A DNA stretch of 64,000 bases from Actinomycetota bacterium (GCA_019347915.1 JAHWKL010000001.1:3612-67611); one strand, 5' to 3'; shown: positions 36,801 to 45,596, counted from the stretch's first letter. Notes: generated from the sequence alone by a model not told the origin. Program-made: numbers and translations.

Positions 36801-37341
36801 CGGCAACGCCATGGTGTTCCCGATGATGCGGTGGGACCCCCTGATCGAGTTCCTCATGGCGCCGTTCGCGTCGGCCATCACGGGGGTCGTCGATCCCGAC
36901 GATACGGCCAACGCGACGATGTCCGAGCTGGAGGAGCTCGTGTGCTGCCTGCAGGAGCGGCTGTCCAACGCCGAGTTCGAGGCGCTCAAGCCTGCCATCG
37001 ACGCGGCGTGGGAGGGCCGCATCAAGGACCCGCGTCCTGACGCGCAGGATCTCGTCATCCCGACCGGCTCGCTCTTCATCGAGGCGCTGCCCGGCGGTCA
37101 TCCCGTGCTCGAGGACTTCAAGCTGCTGCACCGCTCCCTCGACGTGCAGCAGGTGGCGAGTGAGCTCGTGTCGGAGCGGCTCGAGCAGCTGCGGTACGCA
37201 TCGCGGCTCCTGCAAGACGTGCTCGACGACCCTGATGCCGACCGCCAGATCGTCGTGCGGGGCGACATCGCCGGGCTGCTGGTCGACCCAGACGGAGACG
37301 GGGACGGCGGCGACGGTGGTGGCGGTGGTGGCGGTGGGTAG
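33883..37341 (+). CDS. large (1152 aa) protein of unknown function: N-terminal transthyretin/CarboxypepD_reg-like beta-sandwich, poly(Asp-Gly) tracts, beta-rich central region, coiled coil
   Basis: ATG 33883 follows GAGGAG. N-terminus IEVAGRVTVRGSGVPVGNVVVEAFD...TDADGRFSW. No Walker A, signal peptide or TM helix seen. Normal codon/aa composition outside the low-complexity tracts. Confidence 0.8.
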   Translation: MIEVAGRVTVRGSGVPVGNVVVEAFDVAKARRGSSALTGGDIGWVGDAPSLGSALTDADGRFSWTTGEGEDNRSRVIAVAVFAPSGGGGRAGRSLELLHLVPRLRKAGDGVHRYAIAIDPERLRRAAADGSADAATPGGAEGRAAAARTRVAARVTEREAAAAIRRRALARARPLREALDAAVRDALRERTVAPVRRGNGDLPPAVLAVGETVRAHTRRLLDEALRNRASVATARGLVDLSDGDTAVLLDGSGAPASGLTDDDVRRVLFGVEHETGPPSRYRRDLLSIACRNRTPPYQRCSDAGEDEDGDGDGDGDGDGDGDGGGDGDGESGEATAALIKRMVARLLKDLAEFPVVAGVESARATAAGIGRQLRDLTIEGGPADAVALFEFERLFLASDLLVSPRPDPGLISDLIDSGRKLSALGGDLDGASRGGDVIDAIAAESSLLAAEDPLRSGAGSGSSSARSPVFFGLPNPFDILDDIADAISDALTPRDRFVQLRAFLDDLRRLRRSDYPFTPFATDDTGRSVSAGLLVGYQQRWEPRGYQAGELVKTIPLAPKASIRYSARRKSAKTYTDRRAEASESRYSSEAADVQRDVAKIVRDTKLSTSFTLSKEAGAGVPGVGSGTTTSVWTAGAERTSSSTKEAFREATRKRAEEHKRSSTMEVTVSSTDEVEVTEASEIGNPNEELVVTYLFYELQRRFLVSERLQRVTPVAVVAHELPAPSELDESWVARHDWILRRVLLDPSFQPAIEYAVSGKLVADLGKAEELESAVDRQAALVESLKRELAALRSEDLLPDPRNIFELFKVRIYDEKYPGWREDEQRVGEVFGEDVANRLAERRRAIERVEGEIGKQATELERTTAAFNEAFMTYATEAVQVERFLLHLKDNILHYQHAIWDHETKDQRYLRLRHAPVPAVAGSVAYTLEPSGLPPRPPTWRAPLKVTARASLRVDDEGELGDVADVANLLGYVGNAMVFPMMRWDPLIEFLMAPFASAITGVVDPDDTANATMSELEELVCCLQERLSNAEFEALKPAIDAAWEGRIKDPRPDAQDLVIPTGSLFIEALPGGHPVLEDFKLLHRSLDVQQVASELVSERLEQLRYASRLLQDVLDDPDADRQIVVRGDIAGLLVDPDGDGDGGDGGGGGGGG
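34795..34872 (+). repeat. in-frame hexanucleotide (GAY-GGN) tandem repeat encoding EDEDGDGDGDGDGDGDGDGGGDGDGE
   Basis: Read directly. A second tract at 37288-37338 encodes the C-terminal DPDGDGDGGDGGGGGGGG. Confidence 0.85.
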
Positions 37342-37365
37342 CGGGTAGCGGCCCCGTTCGCACCA

Positions 37366-39060
37366 ATGGCCCCGAAGCCACCGCGGGTCCCCGTCACCCG
37401 CATCGATCCCGAGACGCAGCGGGCGCTCGAGGAGGCGCGCCGCACCACGGACCGAGCCAACGATCCCGACGACGGCTTGACCCGGGCGGGCGCGACCACC
37501 AAGCACAAGGAGGCGGTGGCCGAGTACCACGCTCGCCAACACCTCCGGCAGACGTTCGGCGAGGACCTCGGCGAGGAGATTGTCCTCCCCCGGCGGGGCG
37601 CTCGCCGGCGCCGGCAGGGCGAGGGCCCGCCGATCCTGGACGCCGCGTACGAGCTGCGGGACGGCCGCGTGCTCGTGGTCGAGGTGAAGTACGGCAAGTC
37701 GAAGCTGGGCCGCACCCGGCGTGAGGTCTTCGCTGCGAGCGAGGAAGGCGACGTCGCGCGGCGCGTGACCCGGCGGGGCACGAGGCAGTTCTCGCCCGAC
37801 TGGTTCCGCGACCGCCTGAACGAGCTGGCGAGCAAGGGCGGCGACTCGACCCGGATCGCCAACCGGATGCGCGCGGCGTGGACGGAGGGACGCATCGTGG
37901 CCCAGGTGATCTACGTCGACCGGGCCGGCAACGTGGAGGTCGACGACCGCACCGAGCAGTGGCGGCGGGCCGGCATGGTGCGGCGGCCATCGCATCCGGC
38001 TGGCACGGCCGCACCAGCGGGGCGCGGCACCACGACGGGCAGGGGTGCGCCGGTACCGACGGCGCGCGGCACGACGGCCGGGGGCACGGCCGCACCGATG
38101 GGACCCGGCACGACGACGGGCGGGGGCTCGCCCGCACCGCAGCGAGCCCGGTCGGGCTCGGTGGGCGACCGGGCCACGTCGGCGCGCGTCGCCACGCCGG
38201 CCGACCCCGCTTCGGTTCCTCGGACAGCGGCCGGCGGTGGCGGCCCCGCGCCGGCGTCGCAGGCCGGACCACGGCTGCGGGCGGGCGGCCTAGGCGGCGC
38301 GCGCGGCGCCGGCGGGGTGGCGGACTTGTTGCACACCGCGGCGCGAATGGGGGTGGCCGCGAGTGAAGCGCGCCGGGCGGAGAAGGCGTTCCACGCGATG
38401 CTACCCGCGGTCGAGCGCTACCGGAGCGAGGGTTATTGGGTGGCGCTGACGCTCGTCGTCGAGCGGCCGATCCGGACGGACCTGACCGGGTTCGACAACC
38501 GCCTGCGGTTCACGTGCTGGCAGCTAGAGTACGGCCGGACCGAGGCCGCGGCCCGCGGGAACAAGCCGGCGACGATCGGTCCAGCGCCGAGCCGCGAAGA
38601 GACGAGAGGTCGGCGGTCGAACCCGTGCCAGCCGTCGCGCGCGGACTGGGAGCTCGTGTCGCTCGCACCGATCGTGTTCCCGCCGTACGAGGAGTTCGCG
38701 CGCGCCGAAGGGTTTGGCGCGGGCGGGACGTACGAGGTGGTGTCGACTGACTTCGGAGGCGTGCCTGAGCCCGCGATCGTGCGGGCCCGGCGGCTCACGA
38801 TCATCCGAATCGACCAGGACGCGCCTCCGCGCCTCACTATCCTCGACCTGTCCAGCGGCGAGCGCCTCGGCACCTACGTCATCCGCCAGACCGACCGCAT
38901 CATCACGGTGCTCATCGGGTCGCCTCGGCGGAGAGCGTCGTCGGAGAGCACCTTCATGCGGCTGGCCTCACCGTCGGGCGACAACCTCGTGCTCGAGATG
39001 TTCCGCGGACCGCACACCGGTGGCCGGGCTGGGATCGTGCTGTGGCGCGCCATCCGATGA
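37366..39060 (+). CDS. 564-aa protein: N-terminal PD-(D/E)xK nuclease-like domain, Gly/Thr/Ala/Pro-rich repetitive linker, C-terminal domain of unknown function
   Basis: Starts 24 nt after the preceding stop. The E...D...ExK pattern is HKEAVAEYHARQ ... PPILDAAYELRDGRVLVVEVKYGKSKL. The linker has GTT(T/A)G-type repeats. Confidence 0.7.
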   Translation: MAPKPPRVPVTRIDPETQRALEEARRTTDRANDPDDGLTRAGATTKHKEAVAEYHARQHLRQTFGEDLGEEIVLPRRGARRRRQGEGPPILDAAYELRDGRVLVVEVKYGKSKLGRTRREVFAASEEGDVARRVTRRGTRQFSPDWFRDRLNELASKGGDSTRIANRMRAAWTEGRIVAQVIYVDRAGNVEVDDRTEQWRRAGMVRRPSHPAGTAAPAGRGTTTGRGAPVPTARGTTAGGTAAPMGPGTTTGGGSPAPQRARSGSVGDRATSARVATPADPASVPRTAAGGGGPAPASQAGPRLRAGGLGGARGAGGVADLLHTAARMGVAASEARRAEKAFHAMLPAVERYRSEGYWVALTLVVERPIRTDLTGFDNRLRFTCWQLEYGRTEAAARGNKPATIGPAPSREETRGRRSNPCQPSRADWELVSLAPIVFPPYEEFARAEGFGAGGTYEVVSTDFGGVPEPAIVRARRLTIIRIDQDAPPRLTILDLSSGERLGTYVIRQTDRIITVLIGSPRRRASSESTFMRLASPSGDNLVLEMFRGPHTGGRAGIVLWRAIR

Positions 39061-39502
39061 CTAGCCGCGTCCTCGACCGGTTCCGTCGACCTCCCGCCGC
39101 TCGAGGTCGACGTCACGTAGCGATCCACCGGCGGAGACCCGAACGACGGTTCGGGCCGTCGAGGAGGCGGCACGAACCGCTCCATAACACCCGCCGCGAA
39201 TGCGGCACCGACACGGGCCGGAGCCGCACGAGGTGAGATGCCGCTCGGGACGCCAGTGCGGACGCGGGACTATGCCGCTCGTCGGTCGCCAAGAGCACCT
39301 ATCTCGGAGATTGCCACCGTGGTTGCGTACGGCCACCTCTGCATGGCCGTTCTCGAGGGCCGTGGAGGGGGGATTCAGCCTGTTCGAATATCTACTCCCT
39401 GCCGGTCGCCGCGTCGCTCGGCAGTCCGACGTAGGGACCGATCAGCTCGCCCGCATCCTCGAGCGTTGAACCCCGCCGTCATCAACAACATAACGCGAGG
39501 GA

Positions 39503-39524
39503 GGGGTCTTGCCGCAAGCGACCC
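39503..39524. promoter_or_regulatory. imperfect inverted repeat GGGGTCTTGC-C-GCAAGCGACCC, possible rifamycin-associated element (RAE)
   Basis: Lies 222 nt upstream of the Rox-like gene. The opposite strand reads GGGTCGCTTGCGGCAAGACCCC. From memory this resembles the RAE palindrome found upstream of actinobacterial rox/rph/arr/helR genes. The consensus was not verified. Confidence 0.35.
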
Positions 39525-39745
39525 AAACGTGCTGATCATGAGTCGTCCGCTGAGCCGATGACGACCAGAACGTCCGAAGCCAGGAGTTGTGGAATGCGTG
39601 TGTTGCCTTCGGCAGATGGGTCGGCCGGGGGCGCTGAACCGGTCGTGGAGTTGGCGGGGGGGATTCCGGCGAGCGGCGCTGGCGCGCCCCGGCGCAGGGC
39701 GAGGTGGCTGTCCCCGTCCGGTGCATCGTTCGCCGGGGAGCGGCG

Positions 39746-41215
39746 ATGACCGAACATGCGGTGGTGATCGCAGGAGGCGGCCCGACGGGGCTGATGTTGG
39801 CGGGCGAGCTGGCGTTGGCGAGGATCGACGTCGTCGTCGTCGAACCACGCACCAGTCAGCATCTCGACGGATCACGAGCCGGGGGCCTTCACTCCCGCAC
39901 CATCGAGGTGCTCGATCAGCGTGGCATCGCGGAACGATTCCTCTCGGCGGGTAAGACGATGCAGGTCCAGGGTTTCTCCGGCATCCCCTTGGACATCAGC
40001 GACTTCCCCACCCGCCACAACTACGGACTGGCACTCTGGCAGAGCCACTTCGAGCCCATCCTGGCTGACTGGGTCGATGAGCTCGGCGTTCCGATCCTGC
40101 GCGGCTGCGAGGTCGTGGGCTTCGCACAGGATGACAGCGGCGTCGATGTCGAGCTGTCCGGGGACACCTCCCTCCGAGCGGAGTATCTCGTCGGCTGCGA
40201 CGGAGGACGCAGCCTGGTCCGCAAGGGAGCCGGCATCGACTTCCGCGGGTTGGATCCCTCGACGAGCTGGATGATCGCCGAGGTCGAGATGGACGAGGAG
40301 CCGGAGTTCGGCTTCCGTCGCGACAGCGTCGGCACCCACGCCCTGGGTCAGAGGGAAGACGGGAAGTCGGTTCGGGTCGTCCTCACCGAACGACACCTCG
40401 ACCACACCGGCGACCCCAGCATGGAGGAGCTTCGCGACGCACTGGTCTCCGTGTACGGGACGGACTACGGGCTTCGGCGCGCCAACTGGATCTCCAGGTT
40501 CACCGACATGACGCGGCAGGCAGCCTCCTACCGCCGAGGCCGCGTCCTGCTGGCCGGGGACGCCGCACACCTGCATCCGCCCCACGGCGGCCAGGGCCTC
40601 AACACCGGCGTGCAGGATGCCGTGAACCTGGGCTGGAAACTGGCCCAGGTCGTCAACAAGACATCACCCGAGAGCCTCCTGGACACCTACCATGCCGAAC
40701 GGCATCCGGTCGGTGCCCGGGTGCTGCACAACACCATGGCGCAAGTCGCGCTCAGCAGTCCCGACGACCGTCACCAGGCCCTCCGCGACACCATGACGGA
40801 ACTGCTGGGCATGGATCAGCCGCGCCGGCGCATCGCCGCCATGCTCTCCGGTCTCGACATCCACTACGACCTCGGAGAGGGACACCCGCTGCTCGGGCGG
40901 CGCATGCCCGACCTCGACGTGCACACCGCCGACGGTCCCACACGCGTGTTCAGCCTGCTGCACGACGCCCGGCCCGTGCTCCTCAACCTCGGTGAACCCG
41001 GCAGCTTCGACATCTCTCCCTGGGCGGATCGAGTCCGGTTGGTCGACGCCAGGCACGATGGTGTGTGGGAGCTCCCGGTCCTGGGCGAGGTCACTGCGCC
41101 CCCGGCCGTGGTGATCCGACCCGACGGGCATGTCGCCTGGGCAGGAGAGCTCGCGGACCCAGAGCTGCCCCGAGCACTTGCGACCTGGTTCGGAGAGGCC
41201 ACTCCGGCTCAGTAG
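39746..41215 (+). CDS. FAD-dependent monooxygenase, rifampin monooxygenase (Rox/RIFMO)-like
   Basis: AVVIAGGGPTGLMLAGELAL, GCDGGRSLVRK, LAGDAAHLHPPHGGQGLNTGVQDAVNLGWKL, LLDTYHAERHPVGARVLHNTMAQVAL, GLDIHYDLGEGHPLLGRRMPDLD. Confidence 0.8.
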   Translation: MTEHAVVIAGGGPTGLMLAGELALARIDVVVVEPRTSQHLDGSRAGGLHSRTIEVLDQRGIAERFLSAGKTMQVQGFSGIPLDISDFPTRHNYGLALWQSHFEPILADWVDELGVPILRGCEVVGFAQDDSGVDVELSGDTSLRAEYLVGCDGGRSLVRKGAGIDFRGLDPSTSWMIAEVEMDEEPEFGFRRDSVGTHALGQREDGKSVRVVLTERHLDHTGDPSMEELRDALVSVYGTDYGLRRANWISRFTDMTRQAASYRRGRVLLAGDAAHLHPPHGGQGLNTGVQDAVNLGWKLAQVVNKTSPESLLDTYHAERHPVGARVLHNTMAQVALSSPDDRHQALRDTMTELLGMDQPRRRIAAMLSGLDIHYDLGEGHPLLGRRMPDLDVHTADGPTRVFSLLHDARPVLLNLGEPGSFDISPWADRVRLVDARHDGVWELPVLGEVTAPPAVVIRPDGHVAWAGELADPELPRALATWFGEATPAQ

Positions 41216-41259
41216 TCGGCGCCCTCGCCTCGCGGCGTCGCCAACCGCCGGGGGGTCCG

Positions 41260-42063
41260 TCAGGTCAGGTCCCAGAGGAGCCGGTAGTACGAGGTTCGCT
41301 CTTCGTCGCCGGCGCCGATCCCGTAGGCGTCGAGCAGGCGACCTTGCCAACCGGAGCCGTAGTTCCAGTCGGCGGACCAGGTGGCGATGGCGAGGTCGGC
41401 CCAGCGGTCGGCAACACCGAGCGACCCAAGGTCGACATGTCCGGCGCAGGAGCCGTCGGCGGCGACGAGTGTGTTCGGCGAGCAGGCGTCGCCGTGGCAC
41501 ACCACGAGCCGATCGACAGGAGGTGGCTCGGCCAGCACGCGAAGCGCCTCGTCCGGGGACAGGTGCTGATGCTCGGCATGCCAGCGGTGCGGTTCCTGGT
41601 GCCCGGCGGCGGTCCGCCGCTGGGCCTCGGCGACACGAACCTCGACAGACCAGCTGAAGGGGCACTGCTCGACTGGCAGCGCCTCGTGGAAGGAGCGTAG
41701 ACCTTCGCCGATTGCTGTCACGGCGACCGCTGGGCGGTCACTCCACGACGGGTCCACAGCCGACTCTCCGTCGAGCGCGGCGGTTACGAGCCAGTCGCCA
41801 GCACCGCTCGAGCCGAAGTCGAGTACCCGTGGAACCGGCGTCCACCGCGCCGCCCACCTGAGACGTGCCGCATCGTCAGCGAGTCGAAGGCCCGAACCGG
41901 CCGGCGCCCATTTCACGAACACGGCGTCGGCAGCGCCGCCACATCGGAATGTCAGGCCGTGGAGCTCGTTCTGCCAGACGACCTCGATGCGGCGAGAGCC
42001 AGCGACTGTTCTCACCTCGTCGGGGAGGCTCACCTGCCCCGATGGCCGACCCACAAGGCTCAC
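41260..42063 (-). CDS. aminoglycoside O-phosphotransferase (APH(3')/APH(3'')-like)
   Basis: VVCHGDACSPNTLV catalytic loop, HVDLGSLGVADRWADLA and C-terminal YYRLLWDL. Confidence 0.85.
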   Translation of the reverse strand: MSLVGRPSGQVSLPDEVRTVAGSRRIEVVWQNELHGLTFRCGGAADAVFVKWAPAGSGLRLADDAARLRWAARWTPVPRVLDFGSSGAGDWLVTAALDGESAVDPSWSDRPAVAVTAIGEGLRSFHEALPVEQCPFSWSVEVRVAEAQRRTAAGHQEPHRWHAEHQHLSPDEALRVLAEPPPVDRLVVCHGDACSPNTLVAADGSCAGHVDLGSLGVADRWADLAIATWSADWNYGSGWQGRLLDAYGIGAGDEERTSYYRLLWDLT

Positions 42064-42147
42064 TCGTCGAGCGTGTCACAGCCGGCACGCCTTCGCCCCC
42101 ACCGCCGGCGCGGATGGGACGACTGAGGCACGGGTAGGGCGCTCGCC

Positions 42148-42498
42148 ATGCCGAAGTACAAGGTCAACGATGACGGCGTGGCTCACGCTCGGAAGCTGAT
42201 CGATGGGGGGGACGTCGACACCTCGACCGAGTGGTCCGATGCCGCGCCCTCCACCGATGAGGAGAACCGGCAGATCGACAAGCAGGGATACGACGGCTAT
42301 GGCCAGTGGCACCTCGCTATCGACACCGAGGCCTCGGAGGAGACGAAGAGCCGCTACGGCTTTCCGTATGGCGACTTCTCCAAGGTGAACCGCGCTGCCC
42401 TCATCCACGCCAAGCAGCGAGCCGCTCAGAACGATCACGACGACGTGGAGGCGGCGGCCGACGACCTTCTCCAACGTGTCGACGAGCGGGGCAACTGA
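42148..42498 (+). CDS. conserved hypothetical acidic protein (116 aa)
   Basis: Normal composition (MPKYKVNDDGVAHARKLIDGG...). No family recognised. Confidence 0.6.
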   Translation: MPKYKVNDDGVAHARKLIDGGDVDTSTEWSDAAPSTDEENRQIDKQGYDGYGQWHLAIDTEASEETKSRYGFPYGDFSKVNRAALIHAKQRAAQNDHDDVEAAADDLLQRVDERGN

Positions 42499-42533
42499 CC
42501 GTTCGCGACGAGACCGGCTGAATCAGCGGCAGC

Positions 42534-43874
42534 TCAGCAGGAGCTGAACACCTTCCAGGCGCCGGCGTGGGCGACTTGGCGGAAGCCGGCGGGGACCGCC
42601 GGCGCCGGCCGGTCCTCCGGCGTCAGCCGGGAGCGCAGGACGACGCCGGGAGCCTGCGGCACCCGGTCGGGCTCCACCACGTGCTTGGGGACACCGAGGC
42701 GGTAGGCGGCGAGCGGACCGCGCAGCGGTCCCACGTACGCAACGCCGCAGCCGAGCACCGGCCCGGCCCCGCCGGCCTCGTCGAGCGCCCGGGCCAGGTC
42801 AGCCTGGAGCGCCCACTGGTGGGCCTGGGCCCTCCGCAGGTCGGCGAGAGAGGCGACGCGCGGCACCGCCGCCGTCACAATGAAGAAGGACATGGCGGCG
42901 AGAGCAGCGCCACGCCACCGCGGCAGTCGCCGCCCGGCGACGACGAGCCCGACGGCCCCGCTGGACGCCACCAGGGCGGCACCGGGAAGCGCGTAGCGGG
43001 GCTCGCCCGAGAATCCGGCCTGGGCCATGGCGGCAACCAGGGAGATCCACGCCACTCCCACGGCGGCGGGGACCAGGGCGGCCCGCGCCGCCTCTTCCCG
43101 GCGGACCGACGCTGCCCACGTCAGCACGCCCACCCCCGTCCAGAAGGGCCACAGCGGTAGCGCCACCCCGGCCCGCAAGGACGCCAGCACGGGGACGTCG
43201 GCGAGCGCCGGCTGGCCGGGGTTGGGTACCCGGGCCCGGCCCGCCGAGCGCAGGATCTCGCCGGAGCCGATCAGCTCCGGCACGAACCAGGCGGCGGGCA
43301 CGACGAAGGCGACGGTGGCGAGCAGCCACCGGTCCTGGGGGCGCCGCCGCCAGGTGACGGCCGCGGCCACGGCCAGGAAGGGCCACGTCTCCACCCGCAG
43401 CAGGGCACAGCCCACTGCGGCAGCCAGCGCCCACCGGGGGCGGCCCGCCCTCCATGCCCCGCCGGCGGCGAGGGCCAAGGCCAGCAGCATCCCTTCGGCC
43501 ACGCCTTGCGAGGCGTACGCCAGGTATCCGCCACACAGCAGGACGCCGGCGGCGGCCAGCCCTCCGGCGATCGCCGAACCGCCGGCCAGACGGCGCGCCA
43601 GCCGGAACGCCAGCCACGCTCCCACCGCGGCGGCGGCCCTGGCGATGAACACCCACGCCCAGGGGCCGGCAGCACCCAAGCCGGCCAGGAGGGTGGACGC
43701 CGCCACGGGCAGCGGCTTGAACGCCGGGCCCTCCGACGTCGACAGTTCGCCGGACAACGCCTCGGCGCCCCACAGCAGCCACGCCCACGCGTCGTACGAG
43801 GCCGCCGGCAGGACGAGGAACATCGACGCTCCGGCCAAGACGAGGCAGAGGACCAGGGGCAGGGGCGGCCGCAC
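42534..43874 (-). CDS. polytopic membrane protein, probable GT-C-type glycosyltransferase
   Basis: About 11 hydrophobic segments with an extracytoplasmic loop near the N-terminus (SYDAWAWLLWG). 446 aa. Confidence 0.65.
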   Translation of the reverse strand: MRPPLPLVLCLVLAGASMFLVLPAASYDAWAWLLWGAEALSGELSTSEGPAFKPLPVAASTLLAGLGAAGPWAWVFIARAAAAVGAWLAFRLARRLAGGSAIAGGLAAAGVLLCGGYLAYASQGVAEGMLLALALAAGGAWRAGRPRWALAAAVGCALLRVETWPFLAVAAAVTWRRRPQDRWLLATVAFVVPAAWFVPELIGSGEILRSAGRARVPNPGQPALADVPVLASLRAGVALPLWPFWTGVGVLTWAASVRREEAARAALVPAAVGVAWISLVAAMAQAGFSGEPRYALPGAALVASSGAVGLVVAGRRLPRWRGAALAAMSFFIVTAAVPRVASLADLRRAQAHQWALQADLARALDEAGGAGPVLGCGVAYVGPLRGPLAAYRLGVPKHVVEPDRVPQAPGVVLRSRLTPEDRPAPAVPAGFRQVAHAGAWKVFSSC

Positions 43875-43915
43875 GAGGAGACGAGGGTAGCAACCGCGTA
43901 TTAGGCTGACCTACT

Positions 43916-45088
43916 GTGCGCCGTTCAGAACGCTTGCTGCTGACACCCGTCCTGGGCGTGCTGGCGGCCGTGGCCCTGGCCGGCTGCGGTCGCACCCAGC
44001 TGGTCACCTCGACCCTGCCCGACGGCGCACCCACCGTCCAGTCGGCGCACCACTTCGACGTCGTGCGCATCACCAGCGGGCTGGACCGACCCACGTACGT
44101 CGGAGCCGCGCCGGGAGATCCGCATGCCCTGTGGGCACTCGAACAGCCCGGACGCGTCGTACGCCTGGAGGGCGACGAGCACGTCGTCGCCCTGGACATC
44201 TCCGACCACGTCAGCGCCGGCACGGAAACGGGGCTCCTCGGGGTCGCCTTCCATCCGGGGTTCGCCACCAACGGGCGCCTGTTCCTGCACTGGTCCGATC
44301 TCGCCGGTGACACCCGGGTCGCCGAGTTCGCGGCCCATCCCGACCGGAGGTCGTTCCGCCCGAGCCCGGTGCGGGAGCTGTTGTTCGTCGACCAGCCCGA
44401 GGCCAACCACAACGGCGGCCAGCTCGCCTTCGGCCCCGACGGAAGGCTCCACCTCGGCCTCGGTGACGGCGGTGGCGCGTTCGATCCCAACCGCACCGCC
44501 CAGGACGCCGCCCAGCACCTGGGAAAGATCCTGGCCGCCGACGTCGACGCCGAGGTGCCCATCTGGGAGCCCGTGGTCGTCGGGCTCCGCAACCCGTGGC
44601 GCTTCTGGATCGATCCCGCCCTCGAGGAACTGTGGGTGGCCGACGTCGGCCAGGACCAGGTCGAGGAGGTCAACCGGGTCCGCCTCGAACCGGACGAGCC
44701 ACCGAAGAACCTCGGGTGGAGCGCCTACGAGGGCACCACGCGCATCACCGACCAGGAGCTCGACCCGGGAGGCGAGCTGGTGCACCCGGTGGCCACCTAC
44801 GGTCACGACGAGGGCTGCGCGATCATCGGCGGTGTCGTCTACGGCGGGACGCAGTTCCCTGAGCTGGTGCGGCGCTACATCTACGGCGACTTCTGCGCCG
44901 GCACCCTGTGGTCGTTGCGGGGCACCCCCGACGGAGGAGGCACCGACGTACGCCCGGAGGTGGCCAAGGTGCCGCAGCTCACCCACATCGGCGAGGACGC
45001 CGACGGCGAGCTGGTCTTCGCCTCGGCCAACGGCTCCATCTACCGCGCCGTCCCGGTCGCCGCCGAGCCGCACCGGAGCCCGGGGTGA
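43916..45088 (+). CDS. PQQ-dependent sugar dehydrogenase (soluble glucose/sorbosone dehydrogenase family) lipoprotein
   Basis: Lipobox VALAGCG. GLLGVAFHP, HNGGQLAFGPDG.L..GLGDGG, GLRNPWRF, WVADVGQD..EEVN, IIGG.VY.G. Confidence 0.85.
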   Translation: MRRSERLLLTPVLGVLAAVALAGCGRTQLVTSTLPDGAPTVQSAHHFDVVRITSGLDRPTYVGAAPGDPHALWALEQPGRVVRLEGDEHVVALDISDHVSAGTETGLLGVAFHPGFATNGRLFLHWSDLAGDTRVAEFAAHPDRRSFRPSPVRELLFVDQPEANHNGGQLAFGPDGRLHLGLGDGGGAFDPNRTAQDAAQHLGKILAADVDAEVPIWEPVVVGLRNPWRFWIDPALEELWVADVGQDQVEEVNRVRLEPDEPPKNLGWSAYEGTTRITDQELDPGGELVHPVATYGHDEGCAIIGGVVYGGTQFPELVRRYIYGDFCAGTLWSLRGTPDGGGTDVRPEVAKVPQLTHIGEDADGELVFASANGSIYRAVPVAAEPHRSPG

Positions 45089-45113
45089 TCCCGGCCCCCG
45101 GGCGTTGCTGCGC

Positions 45114-45596
45114 ATGACCGAGGCGCTCCATCCCAACGTCCGCCGAGTGGTGGCGGCCGGGGCCGAGCTCGGATTCGAGGTCCGGCCCCGGGCGTTCGTC
45201 GAGCACACCCGCACGGCCGAGGACGCCGCCCGTGCCATCGGGGTGCAGGTGGCCCAGATCGTGAAGTCGCTCGTCTTCCTGGCCGACGGCTCGCCGGTCG
45301 TCGCCCTCGTCGGGGGCGACCGCCGGCTCGACGAGCCCAAGCTGGCCACGGCGGCCGGCGCCTCGGACGCCCGGCGGGCCACCGCCGAGCAGGTTCGGGA
45401 GTCCACCGGGTACCCCATCGGAGGCATCCCCCCCTTCGGCCATGCCTGCCCCCTGGCGACGTTCGTCGACCAGGAGCTGTTGGCCCACCGCGAGCTGTGG
45501 GCGGCGGCCGGGACGCCGAACGTGAACTTCGCCATCGCCCCGGACGAGCTGGTCCGGGTCACCGGGGGGCTCGTGTGCGACCTGGCCCGCCGCTGA
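45114..45596 (+). CDS. YbaK/EbsC-type aminoacyl-tRNA deacylase domain protein
   Basis: AQIVKSLVFLADGSPVVALVGGDRRLD..KLA, TGYPIGGIPPFGH. Confidence 0.85.
   Translation: MTEALHPNVRRVVAAGAELGFEVRPRAFVEHTRTAEDAARAIGVQVAQIVKSLVFLADGSPVVALVGGDRRLDEPKLATAAGASDARRATAEQVRESTGYPIGGIPPFGHACPLATFVDQELLAHRELWAAAGTPNVNFAIAPDELVRVTGGLVCDLARR

Noticed and set aside
35578-37995. 805-aa minus-strand ORF, with further long antisense ORFs at 23274..25079, 16592..17989 and 42799..44673
   Set aside because: All are antisense to better-supported genes (the 1152-aa gene, rtcB, the beta-helix protein and the GT-C protein). All have low-complexity Arg/Pro/Gly-rich translations.
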